From Verrucomicrobiota bacterium (lineage in GTDB: Bacteria; Verrucomicrobiota; Verrucomicrobiia; Limisphaerales; CANJSG01), in assembly GCA_038209745.1 (NCBI GenBank), contig JBBQXJ010000002.1, forward strand, positions 64,001 to 128,000: a stretch of DNA of 64,000 nucleotides, read 5' to 3'. Both the position numbers and the translations under genes were made by a program. Shown piece by piece: positions 1-10,512 of this stretch. Below the pieces are notes generated by a model that searched no databases, was not told the origin of the DNA, and saw only the letters and a program-made list of their open reading frames with translations. Position 1 is the first letter of the stretch; the number at the start of each line of letters is the position of its first letter.

Positions 1-510
1 CAGCCGCCCGTAGACCGCCGGTGGCACGTATTTCTGAACGATGGGCTCCCAGCCTTCCGGTCCGATCAATCCCTTGACCATGCTGGAGCTGACTTCCGCG
101 ATGTCGCGCGGGGGCATGAGGAAGACGCTGGTGATGCCCGGCTCCAGATCCCCGTTCAGGTTCCGCATTGTCCGCTCATACTCGAAGTCGCTGGGCGACC
201 GGATGCCGCGCAGGACGTGCGTCGCGCCGATGGTCCGGGCGTAGTGGATGAGGAACTGTGCGCCGAAGCTCGAGATCTGGACGCCGGGCAGGTGGCGGGT
301 CGATTCGCCCAGCAGCTCGAGACGCTCTTCCACGCTGAAGGTCGGTTTCTTGTTCGGGTTGATGCCGATGGCCACGGTGAGGTGGTCGAAGAGCAGGACT
401 CCCTGTTCGATCATCCACAGGTGGCCGATGGTCAGGGGATCGAACGTGCCGGCGTAGACGGCGCGTCGGGTGTTGCTGGAATCTGATGTTCGGTCGCGCG
501 GCGCCATCAT
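1..510 (-). CDS. coaD: Pantetheine-phosphate adenylyltransferase (3' end runs off the window edge)
   Basis: Manual translation from ATG at 510: ...[20 protein letters not shown]...[13 protein letters not shown]...[10 protein letters not shown]. Absent from the ORF track because there is no stop within the window. Confidence 0.93.
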   Translation of the reverse strand, partial: MMAPRDRTSDSSNTRRAVYAGTFDPLTIGHLWMIEQGVLLFDHLTVAIGINPNKKPTFSVEERLELLGESTRHLPGVQISSFGAQFLIHYARTIGATHVLRGIRSPSDFEYERTMRNLNGDLEPGITSVFLMPPRDIAEVSSSMVKGLIGPEGWEPIVQKYVPPAVYGRL

Positions 511-556
511 GGGTGCTGCTTTGTGACTGGGATCGGCCCGGTGGGCAAGCGTCCGA

Positions 557-829
557 GTGTCCGTTGTGGGTGGAAAGTCCTCGTGGTCGGCCACCTTCCA
601 CACCTCCCCCGTCAAGCTCACCGAGACGGACACCCTCTACTGCTTCGACGGCATCGAGGTCTTCCGGCATCCGTCGGGCACGATCACGAAGACGGAACCG
701 TTCTGGTTCCTCGTGAACTACGCCGTCGGCGGGAAGGCGCATTGGGCAGGACGGCGGGCTTGGTCTTCGGTTCTGGTGTCAGGAGAATTGGATGCCTTGT
801 CCGATCTTCCGGAGAGGCCCAGTGTCTGA
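557..829 (+). pseudogene. Probable remnant of the C-terminal part of a GH16-like glycoside hydrolase
   Basis: WSATFHT...[18 protein letters not shown]...EPFWFLVNYAVGG resembles the GH16 C-terminus (FHTYG...YYFD...PFFLLINLAVGG). No ExDxxE catalytic motif and no N-terminus. Confidence 0.45.
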
Positions 830-927
830 GGTTTGTCGTCCCCGCATAGCCCGCTGGCGGCGTTGGAGCTTGCCGGCCAGGAGCTGCGCCGGGATTGGAA
901 GAACATCGGTCAAACCCGCTCTCAAAA

Positions 928-2487
928 ATGAACCCGCTTTCCTACGGCTTCCGTCTCTCCTTCTTCTTCGTCGCGCTCCTGGCCTCCCGGCTCTTTGCCA
1001 CGGCCGCTGACGCTGCGGTGCGCCCCAACATCGTCTACATTCTCGCGGACGACATGGGCGTGGGCGACGTCTCGGCATTGAATCCGCAGAGCGCGTGGAA
1101 GACCCCGAACATCGATCGTCTGGCGAAAGAGGGCATGGCCTTCAGCGACGCTCACAGCAGCTCGGCCGTCTGCACCCCGTCGCGTTACAGCATTCTGACC
1201 GGTCGTTATGCGTGGCGGAGCCGCTTGAAGTCGGGCGTGGGCGGTGGCGTATCGGCGTCGTTGATCGAGCCCGGCCGGTTGACCGTCGCCTCGTTCCTGC
1301 GGAAAGAGGGCTACACCACGACGGCCCTCGGAAAGTGGCATCTCGGGTTGGACTGGGCCCAGGCGCCGGATGTGGAAACCAAGACCCCTCCGGTGAGGCG
1401 CGTGGACTATTCAAAGCCGTTCAGCGGAGGTCCGTTGGACTGCGGCTTCGACCATTTCTTCGGCGTGAGCGCGTCGCTCGACATGCCGCCCTATACTTGG
1501 CTGCGCGATGATCGCGCCGAGCTGCTGCCGTCCCGGGAGATCGAGGCCGGGAAATCGCCGGCCTATTGGCGGGCCGGACCGGTGGCCAAGGGCTTCGCCC
1601 ACGTGGACGTCCTCGGCCGGCTGTCGGAGGAAGCGGAGAGGACCCTCGCCGGACAGACGAACGGCAAGCCGTTCTTCCTCTATCTGGCGTTGACCGCGCC
1701 GCATACCCCGATCGTGCCCTCGCCGGAATTCAAGGGCCGCACCAAGACCACCGACTACGGCGACTTCTGCTACCAGGTGGACGACGTGGTGGGTCGCGTG
1801 TTGGCCGCCCTCGTGCGGCAACATCTGGAGACTAATACCCTCGTGGTCTTCACCGCCGACAATGGCTGCAGCCCCGAGGCCAACTTCGCCGAGCTCCGCA
1901 AGTTCCACCACGATCCGCAGGCCGGGATGCGCGGGGCCAAGGCCGACATCTACGAGGGCGGCCACCGCGTGCCGTTCATCGTCCGCTGGCCGGGCAAGGT
2001 CGCCGCCGGTCGTCTTAGCTCGGAGACGATTTGCCAGTCCGATTTGCTGGCCACTTGCGCCGAGCTTTTGGGTCGGAGGCTGCCGGTCAATAGTGCGGAG
2101 GACAGCGTCAGTCTCCTCCCGGAACTCCTGGGCCAGGCGCACGCGGCGCCGTTGCGCGACGCCATCGTCCATCATTCCATCCACGGTGATTTCGCCATCC
2201 GTCAGGGCGACTGGAAGCTGTGTCTCTGTCCCGGTTCCGGTGGCTGGAGCGCGCCCAGACCCGGTGCGGAACCGGCCGATGCGCCGCCCTTCCAGCTGTT
2301 CAATCTCGCGGCCGATCCGGCGGAGAAGAACAACGTGGCCGCCGCCAACCCGGAGATCGTCCAGCGCCTCGGTCGGCTCATGAAACGCTACGTCGACAAC
2401 GGCCGCAGCACGGCTGGGGAACGCCAGGCGAACGCCTCCGTGAAGCGCTGGCCCGAAGTGGACTGGATGGCGAAGTTCAAGGAGTGA
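928..2487 (+). CDS. Secreted arylsulfatase A family sulfatase
   Basis: Signal peptide, PNIVYILADDMG, CTPSR formylglycine motif, GKWHLG, IYEGGHRVPF. Confidence 0.95.
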   Translation: MNPLSYGFRLSFFFVALLASRLFATAADAAVRPNIVYILADDMGVGDVSALNPQSAWKTPNIDRLAKEGMAFSDAHSSSAVCTPSRYSILTGRYAWRSRLKSGVGGGVSASLIEPGRLTVASFLRKEGYTTTALGKWHLGLDWAQAPDVETKTPPVRRVDYSKPFSGGPLDCGFDHFFGVSASLDMPPYTWLRDDRAELLPSREIEAGKSPAYWRAGPVAKGFAHVDVLGRLSEEAERTLAGQTNGKPFFLYLALTAPHTPIVPSPEFKGRTKTTDYGDFCYQVDDVVGRVLAALVRQHLETNTLVVFTADNGCSPEANFAELRKFHHDPQAGMRGAKADIYEGGHRVPFIVRWPGKVAAGRLSSETICQSDLLATCAELLGRRLPVNSAEDSVSLLPELLGQAHAAPLRDAIVHHSIHGDFAIRQGDWKLCLCPGSGGWSAPRPGAEPADAPPFQLFNLAADPAEKNNVAAANPEIVQRLGRLMKRYVDNGRSTAGERQANASVKRWPEVDWMAKFKE

Positions 2488-2579
2488 GCCGAAGGAGGGG
2501 CCCGTTCGTTGGCCGAAATCGCCGGGCCCCGGCTCTTCGATCTGGTCGGAAGGCCTCGGGTGCTTCTAGCTTCTCGCAC

Positions 2580-3818
2580 ATGCCTCCCCGCTTTCCGCTT
2601 TTGTTCCTAGCCCTGGTCCTGGCGATGGCGCCGGGGGTCTCCGCTGCCGACTACTTCCCGCCGCCGGACAGTGCCGACGGTTGGCGCGTGGCGAAAACTG
2701 CCGCCGAGGTGCGGCAGTTGGCGGGATTGGATTCCGCCGCGTTGGACCGCGCCGCCGACTTCACCGAGCGCTGCACGCAGAACGGCGGGTTGCTGGTCGT
2801 GCGGCACGGGTATCTCGCGGTTGAACGCTACTTCGGCCGCGCCGGGCGCAAGGTTAACCCCGACATGGCGTCCACCGGCAAGGCCTACACCAGCATCGCC
2901 TGCGGCATCATGCTCCAGGAGTTCCGCGACAAGATCCCCGACGGCCTCGCCACGAAGGTCTTCACCGAGAAGTTCCTGCCCGAAGCCCTGCCGCTGGACG
3001 ATCCGCGCCGCGCCGAGATCACGCTCGGCCAACTGCTCTCCATGTCCGCCGGTTATTGGGGCGAAGGCGGCGCGCCCACGGCGGTGGTCGATGGGAAGGC
3101 GCAGCAGTTGAAGGCAGTCCCCGGTCAGAACATCCGCGATCTCGACCAGTCGTCGTTGAAGGTGCCGCTGTGGACCGATCCCGGTGCCGGTTACTCCTAC
3201 TCGTCGCCCTCGCCGCATGTCGCCAGCATCGTGCTGCGGCACGTCACCGGGATGGAGCTGCAGGACTACATCGACGAGCGCCTGGCCAAGCCGATGGGCT
3301 GGGGACCGTGGGGCTATTGTCTCAACCGGGGCGGCTTCCGGATGCCTCACGCCAACGGCGCCGGCAGCATCGCCGTCCATGCGACCGACGCGCTCCGGTT
3401 CGGCTACTGCCTCCTGCACCGGGGTGAATGGGCGGGGAAGCAGCTCGTGCCGGCCGACTACGTGGCCAAGTGCGGCCAGCCGTCGCCGTTCAATCCGCAC
3501 ACGCCCTTCAGCCTTCAGTTCGAGGACAACGCCGACGCGCATGTGGCCGGGGCGCCGCGCGATGCCTTCTGGAAGTCCGGCGCGGGCGGCTTCGGCCTGA
3601 TCATCGTGCCGTCGCTCGATCTGGTGATCTACAAGCTGGGCGGCAACAACGGACAATACGATCCGACCCTGACCGACGTGCCCCAGCCCAAGGACGTGGA
3701 CACCTCGCGTGACGACTGGAAGCCGATTGCCCGGACCCCGTTCAATGAAGGCAGCCTCGGCGGCGACGACGGGCTGCGCCGCGTGCTGGAGCTGGTCAGC
3801 GGCGCGGTGCGGGATTGA
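2580..3818 (+). CDS. Serine hydrolase, beta-lactamase/AmpC-like family
   Basis: Signal peptide, STGK (SxxK), ITLGQLLSMSAG, PGAGYSYS, PMGWG, KSG. Start taken at ATG 2580. Confidence 0.85.
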   Translation: MPPRFPLLFLALVLAMAPGVSAADYFPPPDSADGWRVAKTAAEVRQLAGLDSAALDRAADFTERCTQNGGLLVVRHGYLAVERYFGRAGRKVNPDMASTGKAYTSIACGIMLQEFRDKIPDGLATKVFTEKFLPEALPLDDPRRAEITLGQLLSMSAGYWGEGGAPTAVVDGKAQQLKAVPGQNIRDLDQSSLKVPLWTDPGAGYSYSSPSPHVASIVLRHVTGMELQDYIDERLAKPMGWGPWGYCLNRGGFRMPHANGAGSIAVHATDALRFGYCLLHRGEWAGKQLVPADYVAKCGQPSPFNPHTPFSLQFEDNADAHVAGAPRDAFWKSGAGGFGLIIVPSLDLVIYKLGGNNGQYDPTLTDVPQPKDVDTSRDDWKPIARTPFNEGSLGGDDGLRRVLELVSGAVRD

Positions 3819-3822
3819 AGGT

Positions 3823-3845
3823 GGCGAACACCCGTTCGCCGCTAC
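3823..3845 (-). repeat. GTAG-type REP-like palindrome
   Basis: Minus strand reads GTAGCGGCGAACGGGTGTTCGCC: GTAG tetranucleotide followed by a hairpin, just after a stop codon. Confidence 0.55.
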
Positions 3846-3900
3846 GGGGGCGAATCGGCTTTGATCTTGTGTTGCAAGGGCGGTTGGAAATGCTTCCTGG

Positions 3901-5205
3901 TTGCCAAGGACGAGGAGATTCAAACTGGGACTGTGGATCGGTGGGGTGCTGCTGCTGCTGCTTCCTTTGATCGGGCTCTTCGTCCTCAACTATCTGGACC
4001 AGTCTTCGCCCAGGCATCTTCCCAAGCCTCCCACGACTCGCATCGTCGTTGGTCCGCGCAAGGCGACGCCGAAGATCGCCGCGTCGGGACTGCACCTGGT
4101 GGTGCTGGTGGAAGACGGTTCGCTTTGGGGAGTTGGCTACAACGACTGGGGACAAGCGGGCGGTAAGACCACCGGAACAATGGCTTGGACGAACCAGTTC
4201 GACACATTTCCGGGCGGTTCCGATTGGGTGGACGTGGCGGCCGGAGGACCGGCGACATTCGCCATTCGCGACGACGGGACACTTTGGCAATGGGGCGCTG
4301 CATCGGGTGGACTCTGTGTGTTTCCCAAGAATGGACCGGTGCAGATCGGAACCGCCACGAACTGGAGCGCCATTTCGGCGGCGGGTGGCATCTTCGGGCT
4401 TCGTTCCGATGGAACGCTCTGGGCGTGGGGCAACAATTCGAACGGAGAACTTGGGCTAGCTTCTGGAGGCTCGCAGACCAATCCGGTTCCTCTTACGACG
4501 GACGCCGACTGGGCGGGCCTTGCTGCCGGCTCCAGCGTTTCGGCGGCCGTCAAATCGAACGGGACGGTATGGGCCTGGGGGCATATCATGTCGGGCAGTC
4601 GGTTTGACGGAACCTTGAAAGACATCGGAGTTCGCACTCCTTTCCGGCTTGGAACGAACGCCTCGTTTGTCCGGGTCCAGTGTTTGATGACGAGCGTTTT
4701 GGCCGAGGACCGTTCGGGACGACTCTGGGAGTGCGCTCTTTCAGGAGCACCCGAGCAAGTGTGGCGATCCCTGCCGGATGTTCCGAATAGTCTCGGGTCA
4801 TGGTCGGCAGGTGGGTTTGTGATCGTGGCCCTGGATCAGACGGGCAAAGCCTGGGTTTCAGGACGGAATCGTTTGGGAGTGCTGGCGAACCGGTGGGTCC
4901 GGAAAACCGAGGAATGGTTACCGGTAGAGAGAGTCGAGGGAGTCGAGGGAGGAGCTGCAGGGATGGCGGGATGGGGATGTGCGGTGCTGGCCAAAGACGG
5001 GGAGTTGCTGCTCTGGGGCAGGCGCTTTGACGACTCTGAGGGTCAAATCGAGAATCCCTTCGACCGTGCGCGAGTCTGGTTGAGTCGCTATGTGCCGAGT
5101 CTGAAGCCACGTGGCTACGGTAGGACGCCAGCGTTCGAAATCGTGCCTTGGACGGCGGCGGAGTTCGTCCGGACAAATGAGGCCGCTGCGAATCCCATCC
5201 GGTAG
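3901..5205 (+). CDS. Membrane-anchored RCC1/BLIP-II-like beta-propeller repeat protein
   Basis: N-terminal TM helix; repeats DGSLWGVGYNDWGQ, DGTLWQWG, DGTLWAWGNNSNGELG, NGTVWAWG. TTG start uncertain. Confidence 0.85.
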   Translation: MPRTRRFKLGLWIGGVLLLLLPLIGLFVLNYLDQSSPRHLPKPPTTRIVVGPRKATPKIAASGLHLVVLVEDGSLWGVGYNDWGQAGGKTTGTMAWTNQFDTFPGGSDWVDVAAGGPATFAIRDDGTLWQWGAASGGLCVFPKNGPVQIGTATNWSAISAAGGIFGLRSDGTLWAWGNNSNGELGLASGGSQTNPVPLTTDADWAGLAAGSSVSAAVKSNGTVWAWGHIMSGSRFDGTLKDIGVRTPFRLGTNASFVRVQCLMTSVLAEDRSGRLWECALSGAPEQVWRSLPDVPNSLGSWSAGGFVIVALDQTGKAWVSGRNRLGVLANRWVRKTEEWLPVERVEGVEGGAAGMAGWGCAVLAKDGELLLWGRRFDDSEGQIENPFDRARVWLSRYVPSLKPRGYGRTPAFEIVPWTAAEFVRTNEAAANPIR

Positions 5206-5225
5206 ATCAGGCGGCGAGGTCGACA

Positions 5226-5325
5226 CGGAGCGCGGACGGTCACGTCCGCGAGGCCGGCCTCGGATGGAAAGGGGAGGTGGCTCGTTGAAGGACGCGGACT
5301 CGCGGACGTGACCGTCCGCGCTCCG
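5226..5325. repeat. Inverted REP pair (REPIN-like), GGAG family
   Basis: CGGAGCGCGGACGGTCACGTCCGCGAG (5226-5252) and its exact reverse complement (5299-5325) between convergent genes; each arm is itself a hairpin. Confidence 0.8.
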
Positions 5326-5340
5326 GGAGCATCGTCCTCC

Positions 5341-6495
5341 TCAGCGGAAGAGCCGCTTGACCTTCTCGAAGAAGCCGCTGCTCTCGGGATTCACCTCGGC
5401 GCCGCAGACGGCGGCGAACTCCTCCAGCTTGGCGCGCTGGGCGGAGTCGAGCCGGGTCGGGACTTCGATCTTCACGCGGACGAGCAGGTCGCCGGTGCCG
5501 TAGCCCTGGACGTTCTTCACGCCTTTGCCCTTGAGGCGGAAGGTGGAGCTGGTCTGGGTGCCGTGCGGGATCTTGATCTGGGCCGCGCCGACGAGGGTGG
5601 GCACCTCGACTTCGCCGCCGAGCGCGGCCGTGGTGAAGCTGATGGGCACCTCGCAGTGGAGGTCGTCGCCTTCACGCTCGAAGATCTCGTGCTGCTCGAC
5701 CTCGATCATCACATAAAGATCACCGGCGGGACCGCCGTTGGTGCCGCCTTCGCCGTTGCCGGAGGAGCGGAGACGCGCACCGGTGTCCACCCCGGCGGGG
5801 ATCTTGAGCTTGATGGCCGAAGTGCGTTGGTGCCGGCCGGATCCGCTGCAGGTCTTGCAGGGCCGCTCGAAGCTCCGGCCCCGGCCTTCGCAGCGGGGGC
5901 AGGTCTGGGCGATGCTGAAGATGCCGCGCGACGAGATCACCTGGCCGCGACCGCCGCAGGTGGTGCAGGTCTTCATGCCGGAACCTTTTTCTGCGCCGGC
6001 GCCGTGGCAGATCTCGCAGGTGTCGGCTTTGGTGACGGTGATCTCCTTTTCGCAGCCGAGGGCGGCTTCCATGAAGGAGATCTGGAGGTCGTAGCGCAGG
6101 TCGGAGCCGCGCTCGGCCCCGCCGGGTTGGCGCCTCTGCTGGCCGCCACCGCCGCCGCCGAAGAACGCGTCGAAGATGCTGCCGCCGTCGTCGCCGAAGA
6201 CGCTGCGGAAGATGTCCGACGGATCGTGGAAGCCGCCGCCGCGCGGGCCGCCGCCGCGTTGGCGTGGATCGAAGGCGGCGTGGCCGTATTGGTCGTAGGC
6301 GGCCCGTTTCTGGGGATCGGACAGGGCCTCGTAGGCTTCGCCGAGTTCCTTGAACTTCTCCTCCGCCGCCTTGTCGCCCGGGTTCTTGTCCGGGTGATGC
6401 TTGATGGCGAGCTTGCGGTAGGCCTTTTTCAGATCCTCCGCGGAGACGCCTTTGTCGACGCCCAGGATATCGTAATAGTCGCGCTTGGTGGCCAT
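5341..6495 (-). CDS. dnaJ: Molecular chaperone DnaJ
   Basis: J domain with HPD, G/F-rich region, four CxxCxGxG zinc motifs. Confidence 0.98.
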   Translation of the reverse strand: MATKRDYYDILGVDKGVSAEDLKKAYRKLAIKHHPDKNPGDKAAEEKFKELGEAYEALSDPQKRAAYDQYGHAAFDPRQRGGGPRGGGFHDPSDIFRSVFGDDGGSIFDAFFGGGGGGQQRRQPGGAERGSDLRYDLQISFMEAALGCEKEITVTKADTCEICHGAGAEKGSGMKTCTTCGGRGQVISSRGIFSIAQTCPRCEGRGRSFERPCKTCSGSGRHQRTSAIKLKIPAGVDTGARLRSSGNGEGGTNGGPAGDLYVMIEVEQHEIFEREGDDLHCEVPISFTTAALGGEVEVPTLVGAAQIKIPHGTQTSSTFRLKGKGVKNVQGYGTGDLLVRVKIEVPTRLDSAQRAKLEEFAAVCGAEVNPESSGFFEKVKRLFR

Positions 6496-6519
6496 GAAGA
6501 CGGTCTGGAAAAACTGGAG

Positions 6520-7101
6520 TTAAGCCGTGGGCTTCTTGGCGACGACGACGGTGGCGGCGCGCATGAGGCGGTCGCGCATCTTGTAGCCCTTGCGCAGCTG
6601 CTGGAGGACGGCGCCTTCCGGCACGTCGGCCGATTCCACCTGGGAGACGGCTTCGTGCAGGTTGGGATCGAACGGCTGGCCGGCGGCGTCGATCTCCTCG
6701 ACGCCGGAGTCGGACAGCACGCCCTTCACCTGCGAAAGGATCATCTGGACGCCAGCCTTGAGGGAATCGGTCGCCGCGCCCTCGGCGGAACCGGCGGACT
6801 GCATGGCCATCTCGAAGTTGTCCACCACAGGGAGGAGCTTGGAGAGGATGCGCTCTTGGGCGTTGCGGACGGCGTCGTCGCGGTCGCGGGCGGCGCGTTT
6901 GCGGTAGTTGTCCATGTCCGCGGTGAGGCGGAGGAGGCGGTCCCAATGCTCGTCGGCCTTGGCGGCCTTGGCCTGGAGTTCCCCGATCTGTTCGGGGGTC
7001 AACGGCTCCGTCGGCATGGCGCCGCCTTCGGCCGCCTCGTCGGTGGCCGGGTTGTTCGTCGTGGGTTCCGCTGCTGATTCGTTCTCCGATTCCGTGCTCA
7101 T
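6520..7101 (-). CDS. grpE: Nucleotide exchange factor GrpE
   Basis: LRLTADMDNYRKR, FDPNLHEAV, LRKGYKMRDRLMRAATVVV; start MSTESE at 7101. Confidence 0.96.
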   Translation of the reverse strand: MSTESENESAAEPTTNNPATDEAAEGGAMPTEPLTPEQIGELQAKAAKADEHWDRLLRLTADMDNYRKRAARDRDDAVRNAQERILSKLLPVVDNFEMAMQSAGSAEGAATDSLKAGVQMILSQVKGVLSDSGVEEIDAAGQPFDPNLHEAVSQVESADVPEGAVLQQLRKGYKMRDRLMRAATVVVAKKPTA

Positions 7102-7316
7102 GTCTCTAGATCCAATGCCAAAATGAGGGGGTAACGTAAGCACCTCGCGGAGGTGGGGCAATAGCGGGAGTGGAGGGATTTGGGAGTGCCGGTCGGCTCG
7201 AGAGAACCTGGCGTCCAAACCTTGGACCGCGAAGGCGCCCAGCCCGGTCGCTGGACCTGGATGGGGCCCGGTGCGGGCCGGATTTCTGGATCGTTCAGAT
7301 CGGCTGGAGGCCGGGA

Positions 7317-10300
7317 TCAGCTCTCCGCGGTCGCGGGAATTGCCGTTTCCGCAGACTCGGCTTCGACGGGCTTCTTTCCTCCGAACCAGACCCGGAGATC
7401 GTCGAGCAGCGTATAGACCACGGGGATGACGAACAGGGTCAGGAAAGTGCTGGTCAACATGCCGCCCACGACCGCGATGCCCATGGGGCGCCGGCTTTCT
7501 GAGCCGGCGCCGAAGCCGATGGCGATGGGCAGGATGCCGGCGATGGTGGAGAGCGCGGTCATCAGAATCGGACGGAGCCGGACGCGACCGGCGGCGACCA
7601 TGGCGGTGTGGGAGTCGCTGCCCTTGGCCGTTTGCTGGTTGGCGTATTCGACGAGGAGGATGGAGTTCTTGGTCACCAGGCCGATGAGAAGGATGAGGCC
7701 GATCTGGCTGAAGAGATTGACGTTCATCGCCGGGATGGGGGAGTAGAGCCCCATTTTCCCGCCTTCGTTGAGCAGCCAAAGAGCGCCGAACGCACCGACG
7801 GCGGCCAACGGCACGGCGAGGATCACGGTGAAGGGATGGATGAGGCTCTCGAACTGGGCGGCGAGGGTCATGTAGACGATCACCAGGGCCAGGCCCAGCA
7901 CCCACCAGATCTCGCCGGAAGTATCGGCCAGGTTCTTGGCGTCGCCGCCCCAGGCGTAAAGGAAGCCGGGTGGCAGCGCTTCAGCCAGGAGCGGCTCCAC
8001 GATCTGGACCACCGTGCCGATGGGCGCGGCGCCCACGGAGGCGGTGATGCTGGCGGAGCGGAGGCGGCCGTAGTGGCTGATGGAATTCGGGGCGGCTCCC
8101 TCGGTGCGGGTGACGATGGAGCTGAGCTGGATGAGGTCGCCCCGGTTGTTCCGCACGAAGACTTTGTCGAGGTCGGACGGCGTCAGGCGGGAGGCGCGTT
8201 CGAGCTGGGCCATGACCTTGTATTCCTTGCCCTCGACCTTGATGCGGCTGAGGTCGAGGCCGCCGAAGAGGATCTGCATCGTGCGCGAAATCTCGGCGAT
8301 GCTGACGCCGAGCGCGGCGGCGCGGCCGCGGTCGATGTTGATGCGGAGCTCGGGTTTGTTGACCTCGTAGCCGATGCGGACGTTCGTGAGGAGTGGCTGT
8401 CCGGCCGAATTGGTCAGGCCGCGGAGTCGGTTGGCCATGGCGGTGCCGGTGGTGTTGAGGGCGGCGAGATCCTGGTTTTGGAGGATCAGTTCGAACGGGG
8501 AGGAGTTGAAGCCGGTCTCGATCGCCTTGGGCAGGTTGGCGATGGCGATGCCGCCCTCGACCTGGGAGAAGAACTGCTGGGAGATGCCGCCCGGGCCATT
8601 GACCATGTCCTGCACCGAGTGCTCGCGTTGGCCGCGATCCACGAAGCTGACGAAGAGCACGCCGAGGCTCGACTGGCCCGGGCCGCTGAACCCCGGAGCC
8701 ACGATGGCGCCGTAGCTCTGGACTTCGGGGTATTTCGCAATGATCGCTTCGGCTTTCCGGAGCTGCCGGTCGGTGTATTCGGAAGTCGAGCCGTTGGGGG
8801 TGATGACCAGGGAGAACAGCCGGCCCTTGTCCTCGATCGGCAGGTAGTCCTGATCGAGCCCACGGTAGGCCAGGATCATCAGGCCGACGGTGGCCGCCGT
8901 GACCATGAGCGCCACCCCGCGGTGGCGGAGCGACCAGCGCAACGCCCGGGAATAGTGGCCGGTGATCCAGTCGAGAGTCGCCTCGAACATGGCGAAGAGG
9001 CCTCGTGCCTTCGTCTTCTGGACCGGGCGAAGGATCTTCGCGGCCATGGCCGGAGTGAGCGTCAAGGCGACGAAGGCCGAGATGACGACGGCGCCCGACA
9101 CCGCCACGGCGAACTCGAGGAAGAGCCTCCCAGTCGTGCTCTTCTGGAAGGCCAACGGGGTGAAGACGGCGACGAGCGACACGGTGATGGCGATGACCGC
9201 GACGCTGATCTCCTCCATCGCCTTGAACGCGGCCTTGACCGGTGTCATGCCTTCCTCGATGTGGCGATAGATTGCCTCCAGCACGACGATGGCGTCGTCC
9301 ACGACGACGCCGATGGCGAGCACCAGCGCGAGCATGGTGAGGATGTTGATGGAAAATCCGAAGGCGTAGAGCAGGGCGAAGGTACCGATGATCGACACTG
9401 GAATGGCGACCGCCGGAATGATGGTGGAACGGACGTTCCGCAGGAAAACGAAGATGATCAGCACCACGAGGCCGAACGCGATGCCGAGGGTTTCCCAGAC
9501 TTCTGAAACCGCCTTCTCCACGTAGATGCTGCTGTCGTAGGCGACCCAGAAGTCGGTGCCTTCGGGCAGGGTCGGCCTGATGGCTTCCAGCTCGTCCTTG
9601 ATCCCGTGGGCGACGGAGACGGTGTTGGCCTTGGCCTGTTTGACGACTCCGAGGAAGACGCAGGGCTTGCCCCGGGCGCGGGCGATGGTGCTGTAGTTCT
9701 CGACGCCTTCCTCCGCTTTTCCGATGTCGCTGAGGCGGACGAGCGTGGTGCCGACCGAGCGGATGACGAGGTTGTTGAACTCCGCCGCCGTCTTGAGTTC
9801 GCCGCGCATCTGGATGGACATCTCGCGGTCGAGGTTTTCCACCTTGCCGCTGGGGAGTTCGACGTTCTGGTTGCGCAGCGCCGATTCCACGTCGAGCACG
9901 GTGACGGCGCGGGCGGCCATCTTCTCGGAATCGAGCCAGAGCCGCATGGCGAAGCGTTTCTCGCCGCCGATGGTGACGGAGGAGACGCCGGGAACGCCCT
10001 GGAAGCGCGGCTTGATCTGGCGCTCGGCGATGGTGGTGAGCTCCTGCGGGGTGTAGCGGTCGCTGTTCAACGCGGTCCAAAGAACGGGCTGCGCGTCCGA
10101 ATCCTGCTTCGAGACGATCGGTTCCAGGATGTCGTTGGGCAGGGAACCGCGAACACGGGAGACGCGGTCCCGGACGTCCTGGGCCGCGATGTCGATGTCG
10201 CGCGAGAGGTCGAACTCGATGGTGATGTTGCCGACGCCTTCGCGGCTTTCGGAGCGGAGGGTCTTGATGCCCTCGATGTTGTTGATCGCCTCTTCGAGCC

Positions 10301-10496
10301 GTTCCGTGACCTCGGTCTCGACCACCTGGGCGTTGGCGCCGGGATAGACGGTGCTGACGCTGATGATGGGAGGATCGATGTCGGGCAGCTCGCGGACGGG
10401 GAGCCGGGTGAGCGCGATGACGCCGCCGAGCACCAGCGCGAGATTCATCATCGTCGCGAGGATCGGCCGTTGGATGGAGACTTTGGAGAGGAACAT
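7317..10496 (-). CDS. RND efflux transporter permease (AcrB/AcrD/AcrF family)
   Basis: 1059 aa; IGVVVDDAIVV, KNSILLVEY, RLRPILMT. Confidence 0.96.
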   Translation of the reverse strand: MFLSKVSIQRPILATMMNLALVLGGVIALTRLPVRELPDIDPPIISVSTVYPGANAQVVETEVTERLEEAINNIEGIKTLRSESREGVGNITIEFDLSRDIDIAAQDVRDRVSRVRGSLPNDILEPIVSKQDSDAQPVLWTALNSDRYTPQELTTIAERQIKPRFQGVPGVSSVTIGGEKRFAMRLWLDSEKMAARAVTVLDVESALRNQNVELPSGKVENLDREMSIQMRGELKTAAEFNNLVIRSVGTTLVRLSDIGKAEEGVENYSTIARARGKPCVFLGVVKQAKANTVSVAHGIKDELEAIRPTLPEGTDFWVAYDSSIYVEKAVSEVWETLGIAFGLVVLIIFVFLRNVRSTIIPAVAIPVSIIGTFALLYAFGFSINILTMLALVLAIGVVVDDAIVVLEAIYRHIEEGMTPVKAAFKAMEEISVAVIAITVSLVAVFTPLAFQKSTTGRLFLEFAVAVSGAVVISAFVALTLTPAMAAKILRPVQKTKARGLFAMFEATLDWITGHYSRALRWSLRHRGVALMVTAATVGLMILAYRGLDQDYLPIEDKGRLFSLVITPNGSTSEYTDRQLRKAEAIIAKYPEVQSYGAIVAPGFSGPGQSSLGVLFVSFVDRGQREHSVQDMVNGPGGISQQFFSQVEGGIAIANLPKAIETGFNSSPFELILQNQDLAALNTTGTAMANRLRGLTNSAGQPLLTNVRIGYEVNKPELRINIDRGRAAALGVSIAEISRTMQILFGGLDLSRIKVEGKEYKVMAQLERASRLTPSDLDKVFVRNNRGDLIQLSSIVTRTEGAAPNSISHYGRLRSASITASVGAAPIGTVVQIVEPLLAEALPPGFLYAWGGDAKNLADTSGEIWWVLGLALVIVYMTLAAQFESLIHPFTVILAVPLAAVGAFGALWLLNEGGKMGLYSPIPAMNVNLFSQIGLILLIGLVTKNSILLVEYANQQTAKGSDSHTAMVAAGRVRLRPILMTALSTIAGILPIAIGFGAGSESRRPMGIAVVGGMLTSTFLTLFVIPVVYTLLDDLRVWFGGKKPVEAESAETAIPATAES

Positions 10497-10512
10497 CGTG
10501 AAGGTCCCTTGA

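Noticed and set aside
2580..3818. Antibiotic-resistance beta-lactamase call
   Set aside because: Only family-level SxxK motifs; most such proteins are esterases or peptidases.
5308..7077. Long antisense or alternate-frame ORFs (also 7608-9506, 7981-10080, 34779-36866, 39338-40945, 56348-58756)
   Set aside because: Shadow ORFs of well-identified genes, expected in high-GC DNA; no recognisable motifs.
7140..7200. Possible CIRCE element upstream of grpE
   Set aside because: Only a GGCACTC half-site; no matching inverted half at 9-nt spacing.
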